Source: Mizuhopecten yessoensis
Lineage: Eukaryota
DNA length: 64,000 nt
Assembly: GCF_002113885.1 (NCBI RefSeq)
Contig: NW_018408750.1
Location: 66,168-130,167 of the forward strand
Direction: 5' to 3'
Of this stretch, positions 53,001-63,348 are shown one piece after another. A program made the position numbers and the translations under genes. Position 1 is the stretch's first letter. The number at the start of each line of letters is the position of its first letter. The notes beneath the pieces were generated by a model that was not told the origin of the DNA, ran no database searches, and saw only the letters and a list, made by a program, of their open reading frames with translations.

Positions 53001-53469
53001 TTCTTTTTGTTACAACAGTATTTTTATGATACACTATAACCCCACCCCCCGGACCAGTAGTTCTATCTTTTCTATGAGGAATTGGATTAAAGGGTTGTAC
53101 TTGAATGTCAAAATCAGATATCAGGGGATTTAGGTGAGATTCAGTTATACATAAAATATCATTATTTTCAAACTCGGCTTCAATAAGTGGGGTTTTATTT
53201 CTGAGAGATCGCACATTGAGATGAACCAGATTCAGATTATGTTTAGGTCCAGGATTACTTTCGATGTCACAACAACAGGATAACACTATAAAATGCGAAA
53301 CAAGAAAGTAAGACATATTGATAAAATAGGTAAACATGTCAATTAAGTGTAAATAAGAGTAATGAAAGCCATGACATAACTCCATACAAATATGTATGCG
53401 CTTAGAAAACTGCCAGTGATCAACCGTTACCATAGTCCAGAAAACCTGGAAATCTAATATATTACCCAT
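50071..53469 (-). CDS. LINE ORF2: 2A-like peptide + APE endonuclease + reverse transcriptase
   Basis: NVRSL, CITESHL, GDIN and SDH (APE); PGPDG, YRPISIT, DISKAFD, GVPQGSVLGP and FADD (RT); C-terminal CxC..H..C; first ATG at 53469. Confidence 0.97.
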   Translation of the reverse strand: MGNILDFQVFWTMVTVDHWQFSKRIHICMELCHGFHYSYLHLIDMFTYFINMSYFLVSHFIVLSCCCDIESNPGPKHNLNLVHLNVRSLRNKTPLIEAEFENNDILCITESHLNPLISDFDIQVQPFNPIPHRKDRTTGPGGGVIVYHKNTVVTKRRLDLERDDVELLWLEVLINTHKFLLGCIYRPDSNIEYWDKLDDTLTRASDTSLDIILTGDININMLNVPLNDHLSRLLIKHNLTSLIKEPTRITPASATSIDVIFTNNLNLIKNTYVSPPFCSDHSSVHAQISFTVFKQVNYKKTILKYDEADFESMNNALLNIDWLNLSLNLDSDAFNSFIINSIIEQVNSFIPTKVITVRPNDKPWMNNIIRLKMRQRNRIHRKAKVTNNPHYWERFRILRNETIDLIREAKANYIQKLENCLNENMVSPDKWWKIAKSITNFSNKSSSIPPLEHDDQFIHHPLDKAEILNNHFTNISSSSPDLELPQTAQPYTPYSLTNIHITEQDVSDQINILNVNKPPGPDGVIPKVVKKLSNSLALPLCLLFNKTLESGILPNRWKQANINAIYKGKGSSNDVLNYRPISITSCFSKIMEKIVFKNLYNYLIENSILTKHQSGFIPGDSTVNQLLFIYNEIVSNMDQGKELRFIFCDISKAFDRVWHKGLLHKLKTYGIDGNLLLWFENYLSDRLQRVTTEGYHSQFKGINAGVPQGSVLGPLLFLLYINDITDNVSTNIKLFADDTSLYVIIDENPAHAAQVLTNDLSNIGEWAGIWDIKFNPTKTKSVIFSRKHNKHHPPITFQNSQITDSTAHTHLGLTLKDDASWNQHILNIYEKAYSRLNILRYIKTKVNRKSLIKIYIAFIRPILEYADIVWDNCTQQSKELLESIQLEAARIITGLRSGTSHNKLYNELGWETLSTRRNKHKHIMMYKIMHGLSPQYLQDVLNPFINNQNNNPYFLRQTRLFNPPICRTNNYFDSFLPLMCRTTNTTDNDLLNSPTLATFKHKLNKDIIIDNESTLIFKTEGDRRANIILCQLRNLCSNLNFDLFNDHLTDCPSCACSFEYETVFHYFLECPLYNDLRLTLFTSVDNYGNHNHIDTNIFLQGCPDCDGLTNRQLLNDVQLFIGKSRRFNLYMI

Positions 53470-55257
53470 TGTCAATGTAGAAAAAGCGGGCAGAGTGGGC
53501 TCGGTCGATCATCCAGCTGTTGAAAATTTCTTCAGGCGGGACATATGAACAGTAGTTGAGCAAGAATGTGAGATAACAATAAAACAGACAGGACAATACA
53601 ACTTCCATACACACACTCACAACAATAACACACAAACACATGTTATTAAACGGAAGCGGAAACGACTCATCAATGTGCTTGAGATGTTTGAAAACATAGG
53701 TCTTCGAGTAATACATATATAATACATCCATCATTTTATGATACACTTGCAATGGTCATTAATATCAATATAGAGCATACATATGCAGAAAAGGTAAAAC
53801 ATTAAAAATAAGAATATTTTGATCGATTAAATAGACATTCCAGTAGTAGAAGTATAAGAGAAAACATGTATGTGAAATATCTATGTTGAACTCCACAAGC
53901 CCCTGTGATCAACACAATAACTATACTAACGAAAAACACCACTAGATTATCATTTGCAACAATTCACAAACGCGTAGTCGTCTTTCTATTGCGAGTGTAT
54001 AGAGATAACGGGCTGTTTTTATAAATTAAATCCAGCCGATCAACAATAGGTAGAGACACGTAAGCAATATCATGGTGTTTGTACAAGCGCACGCGAAAAG
54101 CGATCGTGTTGATTTCACGTGTATTTCATACGTGTAGCTAAATAAAAAATGAGTATAAGAGAAAGAGGATGTGTAGTTGCTATGGATAATTTATTGAAGT
54201 GATAGGATTTTAATATTCACTTGAACGGTAAGTTCCAATAAAATACGTACGTGTACATGAAAAGTACGCGTACGAAATACTATAGTTCAATGCCATGCGA
54301 ATTATTGGTGAGCACATAGTTGCTCATGCATGTAAACTTACAGTGGCAGTAAAGTTGAGATTGCATGCGCCTATAGAAACTAAAAATGAAAAAAAAAAAA
54401 AGTTACTGGATGAATGAGTTTTTTTCTTTTATCAACATTACACCACATACATGTAACTATACATAGTGAAGTTCAGGAAGAGTAAGCAAGATAAGATATA
54501 GAACATCTTAGGCTAGACGTTAAAAATATTAGCATAATGGTTGTTAAATTTCTATGATACCATAGGATATAAATCCTATATTATCTTGGGTCTCTACACG
54601 TGTATAGTGATCTTCATTCTTATTAAATTGACATACATTATAAAGGGTTATATATAACATACAGTGTATATAGTAATATGTTTAAACACAAAGGGCATGT
54701 CATACAACAATAACATATATTACAGATAAGTCATAATGATAATTTCATATAAAATATTATGTATGATAGAATAATTTTATACTGAATGTTCATACCAAAT
54801 AATGAATGTTATAATGTTTTAAATATATATATATATAATGCATGTAGAACATTTATAACCAGTAACACCATGAGCAAAACATGATATTAAAGAGATATTT
54901 TGGTCACTGATTAGATGCACACACGTGCATCAATAGATTCATATTATATCACTTACAGAGTGCTTTTTTATATATTTATATATAGATTTCATTATAAACA
55001 AAGATAAATGCATAATTGCTGAAGTATGTGTTGTATACTTCAGCACACACATTGAAATTACAGTAATACTAATACACAAAATATAGTAAATATACATGTA
55101 CTTGTGTTTTTTGTATAGCGTATCTTCATTTGTCAAAATACAAGTTCCATGTCATCAGCATATACATGTAGCCTACTCAGAATAGTAATATTCATCAAAT
55201 TCATAAAACAAAGACTGATATTTAGTCAAACATAATACTGAATATAAGGTCACATAA

Positions 55258-56079
55258 TTATTTAACTTGGGAAAGAGAGTCAAATCGGTTGCCTGAAGTG
55301 AATGAGGCTGTAGTATCAGGCTTAGGTTTGGGTTTGTTGGATGTACGTTGACCGTGTTGAGAGGCTAGAGTTCTGATACGGGTTGTGGGATCGTGTCGGT
55401 GTTCTTGTTGAGGAGGGTCGGGGTAGGAATCTAACTCGCTAAGGTGGGTGACTTGGGCTTTGGTTCCACTACTATGCCTGATTACAATTCTCCCGTCGTT
55501 GGTCCATGTTCCAGATATGGCTCCTGTTGATTTTAAATAACGGGCTTTAGAAAATACCATCGCTCTCTGCTTCGTTAGGGCCTCGTTGACAAATAATTTG
55601 AATGCACGTTGATTGGAGGGGGAGGATCCATTACTCTTGTCAGAATCTTTGGCAAAAAGTGAGAATCTGGCAGCGTACACGGAAGCACGTACACGGTACG
55701 AGATAAATCGGACAATGATGTCACGAGGGAATTTACCAGACTTGGGACCCACTCTGTGGGATCGGCTTATATCGCTCTCCGTTACCATCACACCAAGAAA
55801 AGAGTTACATACATCAATAATTAGAGTATCAGTGCTTTCGTGTTCTTCCTCAGGAATACCTCGGAACTTAAGACAGTTTCTCCGGGAATATTGTTCTAGA
55901 TCGTCCTGTCTCCTATGGAGATCAGCTAGTTGTTTCTGTATGTCAGGGATCCCAAGTTTAGAAATCAATGTGTCCTTGAAAAGGTCATTACTCAAAAGTT
56001 GAGAAACAACTTCACCAATAACATCAGGGTCAGTGATTGCGTTAATAGTGCTTATACTCTTCTTAATAGCCGAATTCAT
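55258..56079 (-). CDS. LINE ORF1 (coiled-coil + RRM + CTD, Transposase_22/L1-ORF1-like)
   Basis: LEQYSRRNCLKFRGIPE, ISRSHRVG, IIVRF, FVNEALT, TWTNDGRI. Confidence 0.9.
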   Translation of the reverse strand: MNSAIKKSISTINAITDPDVIGEVVSQLLSNDLFKDTLISKLGIPDIQKQLADLHRRQDDLEQYSRRNCLKFRGIPEEEHESTDTLIIDVCNSFLGVMVTESDISRSHRVGPKSGKFPRDIIVRFISYRVRASVYAARFSLFAKDSDKSNGSSPSNQRAFKLFVNEALTKQRAMVFSKARYLKSTGAISGTWTNDGRIVIRHSSGTKAQVTHLSELDSYPDPPQQEHRHDPTTRIRTLASQHGQRTSNKPKPKPDTTASFTSGNRFDSLSQVK

Positions 56080-57694
56080 GATGAATATAGTACAGTATAT
56101 GAAGAATAATGTGGAAAGACACGTATATACACAGTTTGTATTAGCGAAACATGGCGGCTCAAAAAGTGACCACTAGTCGTGTATAGGGTACATATATATA
56201 TATACGGGTATGTGGAGCTTACCCGTATAAGTAGCTAGTTTATATGCTTAATGATGTTCAGCATTATCCGAAGATTAAAAATATCGTGTAGAATGAGTCA
56301 AGCAAACCATGACGAGTCAATATCAATCACATCACATTACGTTACTTGGAGCTGGTCATTTCACGTCCATTCTCTCCGGCCACCGGAAGTACATTTTCAA
56401 TAAATAAATAAATATTCATTAGTATAGCCACTATATCCAGTAAGGGTGGTTATAGCAAAGGTTAAAGGTAAAATCGTTGTAACGTTTGACGCGAGCATAA
56501 GTTCACAATGGCTACACCTTCAATTAGGAAACTTAACATGTATGTTTATCTTTTCCAGAACATGTGTCACGTAACACTGTGAAGTTCGTATACTAAAGGT
56601 CACGCACAGGGCATGAGGTCAAAGGTCACAGCATTCTAAAGTTTGTCCTTTTTCTAAATTGCTAAACTTTTTCATATGTAACTTCCCAGTGAATTTAATG
56701 ACACTTTATCGTTCGTATGAACCATACAGAGGTCAGTACAATGTAGTGTTAGGAATCACAATGAGGTATATCGTTTGGCATGGAACATACCAAAGTGTTT
56801 TTATAAAGCATGAACATGTAACCCTTAGGGTGATATAAGGCATACCGTATATCTCTGTAATGTCAGTGTCAATGCGCATGTGCCTGAACCATGATTTCCC
56901 AAATACACAAGCGTGGAAATAGTGAAACCTGTTTAATTTCGATAAATGCACTGTTACGGTACAGGGGGAAAAAAAGACACCCGGTTCCCTTTTTTCGTCA
57001 TAAGTGTTTTTCTAAAATCGAAATCATTGAAGTTACATTGATTTTGACAACTGTTATATATCATCGAAACAGTCGTTTAACAATGAATTTAAGCAACCTT
57101 TCTTGCCCTCTACTCTTATTTTTACATTAAAATCAATGTTTGAAACAATGTTTAACCTTATGGCCTTTAGTGCCAAATAAGGTCCTGAATGAATGAAATA
57201 GGCACATGATGTAGTAAAAATGTTAACTGTTTGAAGGGGCTTCCTGTATTAACTTCCTAAATTGTTAAATAGGTGTCGCCTAACATCGATTTTTAATGAT
57301 TTCATCGTCCGATTGTTGTTAAGATTTGTAATGTATTAAGTTTATACTGATGTTTATGCAGGAACAACTCTATCAGTACTGTGTGATGGTTTACAAGGTA
57401 TAGAGTACGTCTATATGTCTATACAACCATGTAAATGGCTTTGTATTTCCCCGTCATCTGTTCTTCATTGTGATAACGTATCATAACTCTTGATTGGTTT
57501 ATGATGTGTGAGTGTTAGATGTTTTAGTCAAGCAGTAATGTTCCTGAGCGTTGGATTTCGTAGATGATAGTAATAAGCTATAGATATCCAGGTATCATAT
57601 GTGCGGTTCACATTTGACGCATACGTCACGTTTGCAAACATAGGTATAACCTCGATATACCTGCGTACCGATTACTCACACAGTCTGTCTCAAA

Positions 57695-57737
57695 ATGGCT
57701 GCTTCGTGGCTCCTCTACACCTACCTAGCTTTTTCAG
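57695..57737 (+). CDS. CTL-4 exon 1 (signal peptide)
   Basis: caaaATG...TCAG|gtaaat. Confidence 0.88.
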
Positions 57738-60700
57738 GTAAATTTAACTTGGCATAGAAATAATTCATTACAAACAGGCTTAGAAAAGATCATATTCATT
57801 GTTTACTATGAGAACATTTTTTTCTTGTTTTCATAGAGTAACACTTTTAATTAATAAACAACGCATATATCAAATATTCAAACAGGTGTCCAACTGAAGC
57901 AGATAAGTATTTTGCACACGGCCAAATCAGATTTGTATTTCTGTTCACTACTTTGATTTCGTGCCGTGCTGCATGTATTTCAGGTTGATCTGGATGCTGA
58001 TTTCTTACCGTGTAATTGTCTGGTTGATTAGGAAATTGTTTTCATACCTAGCCATTGTAGGTCGATCTGGATATTATTTTTGAGTTGATGTGGATGTTGA
58101 ATACGTGGTATCGTGACTTTTAAGTCTGAAAAATGTAACATTGACTGAAATATGATAATCGCCATTGCATAGAGTTCGGAGAAATCTCCGTGCTGCAGCA
58201 CGTCGCCTTACAACGCATATTGTGTATCGGTAAGGAAACTTTACATTTTGGTTGCTTTAGAAAGCAATTCTTACTTCTAAATAAACATAAAATCTACTTT
58301 CTCGATTACAATAACATTGGCTATTGATGAAATAACTGTATTTTCAGGCTTCGTTGTTGTTCTCAGCACTTGCCCAGTAGGATGGATAGAGTTTGATCAG
58401 GAATGTTTCTTGTTCGGGTCACACAAGAAAACGTGGAATGATGCAGAGGTAGGACCTCACGCAGTATAACATTATTGTATTAAATTACATGTAATATAAT
58501 GTATGATACATATTATATTGTATTATTATGTATTTATCATATTGTATTACAATTTGATATCTCATTACATGTATAATATAATATGATATCTATTATATTG
58601 TATAATTATGTATTTATCATATTGTATTACAATTTGATATCTCATTACATGTATAATATAGTGTGATACATATTATATTGTATTATTATTATTATATATT
58701 TATCATATATATTGTATTACAATTTTATATTGTATAACATTTATTAATTGTATGAAATCTATTATAATGTATTATGATTATATATATTAAATTGTATTAC
58801 ATGTTTATATTGTATTACATAGTTCTCATAGTATTAACTTTGTATGTTTATGTATGCTATTTTATGTATCACGTGACTTACCACCTGCTAACTTGTAATG
58901 TAATGGCCGATACACTTTCTGTGATGTCATGGTTTCTTTATGTCAAATCGTTTTTGATATTTATGTTATGCTATAATAGCAAATCAATATATCACGTCAA
59001 TATTTCAAGATAAGTACTGAGATTTGCCTTTTCATGTTTTTTTCATATTTTGTTTGTTAACCTGTAAGAGCAGTGTCTGTATGTCAGAGTTTTTCTTCGT
59101 GACTTCCTTTCCTTTCCATAACTGTCCATGCCCTCTTCTTCTGCCTCAAATCTACAGGTATCTGTCACACTCAACAGATCATCCTGACGTCCGTATTCTG
59201 CCTACCATTCCGTTCCTTCCCTCGACTATCGTTTCCCGTCTGATGTCAGGCGGAACCTCGATACTTATAAACACTAATGTTTGTTTTATCTTTACAGTTA
59301 GATTGTAGGAAACACAGCAGCTATCTGACTACAGACGATAATCAAGAAAAACACGACTTCTTTCATAAATTTCTCAACATTTTCCACTGTGAGTGTCACC
59401 TGATTATATAGTTCATCATGTTCGCATAAACTATTTAATAGTTTCTATATGTACATGTAAATGACAGCATAGAACCCGTTTCTTACGATATAGAAGCCAT
59501 GTAATGGTGTTCCGTTACCTACTAAACGCTGCTTAGATATACCAAAACAATAACCTATTTTACCGATGCTTCATCTGTATCTGAACAGAAAATCGGTCAA
59601 TTAGTTTAAACAATATTTATTGAAGAATAAAGAAGTACAATATATATGTACATTTGTATATATCAAGAATACGATTTGGTAGCATCGATGACTTTAAATG
59701 AAGTGAATAGAAAGTGTCGATATTATTGGTCAATACCAAAATTGATATTTTTACACTGTTACAACTATCACTTTTGATATCTGTAACATATTGAAAGACA
59801 TAAGTATTATCCAAATGTTTGAAAATTTTATATTTTTCTGACAAAAATGTAATATAAACATAATTATTATTGATAAAGGAGGCGATCCTGTATCAAAACG
59901 AGTCTGGGTGTTAACTGCATGTAGGTCGTGCATCATTAACCAAAATATATAAAAAATATTTTATAAGCAGACAGTTCTTGTTTTCAACTTCAGAAATATA
60001 ATATTCATACCAAGAAAAAATCGGGAATCTCATAATTATGCTATGAAGTTTTTACAACGTCCATTGAACATATTTTTTCCGAGAATAACTCTATTCGTGT
60101 TTTTGGAAACAGCATGGAGGTTGGGCCACTTCTGGCTAGGAGGGGCTGACCAGGTTATAGAAAATCAATGGCGCTGGTTAGAGACGGGTACAGCAATAGG
60201 GTCCACTACCTACTGGGACCAAGGTCAACCGGACGGCAATTCCTCCGCTAACTGCATGTCGTTCTACATGAACGCTGACAACGACCTTGTATGGAGAGAC
60301 GACCGATGTTCGGGCCATTACAACTACATCTGCGAGCAACCGTCAGTACACTTGGTTTAATGGTTAAGGGTCATCATTATGTCTCTTTGCTGGATATCTC
60401 AAAAATATAACATACCGAGTGAAATTATGTTAGCGCTGTCAAAGCTTATTTATAAATCAAAATAATAACAATTATTTAATAATACAAAACAAAATGTTTT
60501 GCCCAGCCTGAATCGATATTTCATGAACATTTTGGTTTCTTTTTACTGACTTTTCCTAAAGTAGACAATGTGTCCCAGGTATTATCTGTATTAACTCTTC
60601 TACTTAGAGTCAACCACAAAAACACCTTTATATTAACACATAACTGATAATGTGTAACAAAACACAATACTTACCTAGTTCTTAACAGCATATATCCAAA

Positions 60701-61757
60701 AACACGAACAGCTCAAAACACTGTAAACCGAGAGTACCCGACACGACGAAACATCACAAACCATTTATGACATTATCGCCGATCACACCAGAACATGAAA
60801 ACAGTAAAATATACACGTGTTATCACAATAACTCCGGACCTATGATCCCGTATATATATATCTCACCTATTTCCGCTCTTATGATTATGTAAAATTATAA
60901 CTATGGAAAACCTATCTTGGTAAATCTTCGAAGCTATTCGACAACTTATACTAATTATGATATGCATCTTATTACCATTTAAAGATGAAAAAGTTTTCGA
61001 AATTTAAAAAAAATAAAAAATGTTTGTAAGTCTATGAAATTATGTCTATATATTGAAACCTGTTTATTAGTCTATATATTATAAGTGTATAGGTCAATAT
61101 AAAATCTGTTATACAGTGTACGTTCATGTATTCATCTATCATAAAAATGTGTGTATACGTCTACCTTAAATATAATGTGTTATACATATCCATATATGAT
61201 GTAATATGTTTATGCACTCAGGTAAAATATAATGTGTCTATAGGTCTATGTTGTTGCGGGTATTTCGAAAAATGACCTACACTAAGAAAATAAACCTAAG
61301 TGAAAAAAGTAAAAATGATATAAAGCGGTTACGTAACATTATCTTAATTTCTTTTATTCCGATACAAAACCCTTCAGTTCAGAATTGGATAGTCGTTACT
61401 ACACGTAGCAATACCAGTAAAAACTACAAGTACTCGATTTTTGTGCAAAGAAGAAACATTTATTTTATAACAGTTACAAAACACTATATCGGATTACATG
61501 TATTGAAATAAATAGATCACCTTCGACATCATCTTCATATTAAAACAGACTGTCATGCAACTACATGCATAAGATGTTGTTCACTGTAAAACAGGTGTCT
61601 TGTATGATGTCATTTAGACCTTAGATATAAGTAATGCAATAATGTATTTGTTTGTGTGTTAAAATAGTTCCTTTTGCTAAATTGCCAATTTTAGTATATT
61701 TTTTCCTTTTCTAATTACAGCGCCACTAGTAATACATCGTCGCCGGTAATAGGATAA
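57695..61757 (+). CDS. CTL-4: secreted C-type lectin, 5 exons, 166 aa, QPD/WRD motifs
   Basis: Exons 57695-57737, 58348-58448, 59298-59388, 60113-60341, 61721-61757; GT-AG, 501 nt. MAASWLLYTYLAFSGFVVVLSTCPVGW...GQPDGNSSANC...WRDDRC...YICEQPATSNTSSPVIG*. AATAAA at 61807-61812; TATAA at 57645. Confidence 0.92.
58348..58448 (+). CDS. CTL-4 exon 2
   Basis: TCPVGWIEFDQEC...WNDAE; 101 nt. Confidence 0.93.
58483..58740. repeat. AT-rich ~80-bp tandem repeat x3
   Basis: ATTACATGTA.. units at 58483, 58564 and 58644. Confidence 0.7.
59298..59388 (+). CDS. CTL-4 exon 3
   Basis: LDCRKHSSYLTTDDNQEKHDFF; 91 nt. Confidence 0.93.
60113..60341 (+). CDS. CTL-4 exon 4
   Basis: FWLGGADQVIENQWRW...QPD...WRDDRC; 229 nt; gtcagt donor. 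Confidence 0.94.
61721..61757 (+). CDS. CTL-4 exon 5 (ATSNTSSPVIG*)
   Basis: Strong polypyrimidine tract and ctaattacag acceptor; AATAAA downstream. Confidence 0.85.
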
Positions 61758-61904
61758 AGGGGAACATTACAGCAATCAGAAACGGAGAAAAATGTTACAA
61801 CATTTTAATAAATTAACATGTCATTCGTATTCATTGTTGTCATTGCTTGTTTTAATAAATATAGATGAAGGATCAATAGATACTTAATAGTTATACATAA
61901 CTAA

Positions 61905-62440
61905 TGTAATCATCTTAACTGTTGATATCTGTGAAATAATAATAAATTATTAATTTAACCATCTTAACTGTTGATATCTAGGAAAAAAATAGGAATAAAT
62001 ATTGTAACCATCATTAATGTTGATAACTGTGAAATAGTAATTAATCATTAATTTAACCATCTTAACTTTTGATATCTGTGAAATAGTAATAAATTATTAA
62101 TTTAACCATCTTTACTTTTAATATCTGTGAAATAGTAATGAATAAATATTGCAAACATCTCAACTGTTGATATCTGTGAAATAGTAATAAATACATATGT
62201 TAACCATCGTTAATGTTGATATATGTGAAATAGTAATGAATTATTATTTTAACCATTTTTACTTTCAATATCTGTGAAATAGTAATGAATAACTAATGCA
62301 ACCATCTGAACTGGTGATATCTGTGAAATAGTAATAAAAGAGTTTTCCAAACATCTTAACTGTTGATATCTGTGAAAAAGTAATGAATAACTAATGCAAA
62401 TATCTGAATTGTTGATATATGTGAACTAGTAATGAATACA
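61905..62440. repeat. Degenerate ~50-bp tandem repeat
   Basis: AACCATCTTAACTGTTGATATCTGTGAAATAGTAAT units. Confidence 0.8.
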
Positions 62441-63317
62441 AAACAAACGGCGTTCATCCTCATCGTGGATTAAAACTGCACATACGAGAAACATGCAAGT
62501 TGGTTCCCGTATTCATGAAAACGATCCCACGCTCAAGTATGGATTCTGTGCTCAAACCAGCTTTCTTGTTACTTGCCAAACTCATGTAAAATTATCAATA
62601 AGTCAAATGTAAACATTGAAATAGCTTTTTACTGTATTAATGGGGGTTTTCAAATCATTGACGAAATAAAACTTGTGTATGCATTTATAAACGCAAAGGT
62701 TACCTGGCGGACCCAGGTGGTCAGGAAAGGTACGCATTGCCTGTACTACGTATGACAAAGGAATGAGTCATTTTCTGTGGTTTCGGCAAATTAGATAAAT
62801 GTATTAATTGCACAAACCACAGTCATGGAAACAGCCGGCTTCTTAAACTTAATAAGACCGATGCTAAAATAAAATTTGCTGAAGTCATTTCCATTTAAAT
62901 CATACATCTAAGGATCCTTACTGTATACATATTTTTACATGAATATGTCATGTCAATGAATGGTCTGGGACAAGTACAGCGAATGTTCGCATGTTCGAAA
63001 TCAATATCAATATTATCAAATGAGGACATTTAATGTAATTCTTTCAAAATGTGATGCTTGTGCTATTTTTAGCAACCAAGATGAACTAAATATTACATTT
63101 AGGGCACACTGTGCATGAGAACTACCATTTGTTTGCCCCCTTTGTACCACCTACACAATTACACAACCAGAAATCGTGAATAGGTGTTAGATAAGACACG
63201 ACCTAAATGGCTGGTCCTGTATTTGGACAGAATGGTTGACACACGAGAAGATGACGCCATGGGAACAAAAACAGTTGTCGGACGTCTTTACTGGACCAGA
63301 CAGACACAGGAGGGATC

Positions 63318-63348
63318 ATGAAAGCCACCGTTGTCCTTGTATTGTTTG
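63318..63348 (+). CDS. CTL-5 exon 1 (signal peptide); gene continues beyond the window
   Basis: MKATVVLVLF followed by phase-1 gtaagt; same 31-nt length and MKA start as CTL-2 exon 1. Confidence 0.65.

Larger units (their letters stand above)
49434..56407 (-). mobile_element. Full-length CR1/L2-group LINE
   Basis: Intact ORF1 and ORF2; AATAAA near the 3' end (49443-49448); 13-bp direct repeat ATAAATATTCATT at 49421-49433 and 56408-56420. Confidence 0.9.

Noticed and set aside
51067-56002. Antisense and alternate-frame ORFs within the LINE
   Set aside because: Shadows of ORF1 and ORF2 with no recognisable motifs.
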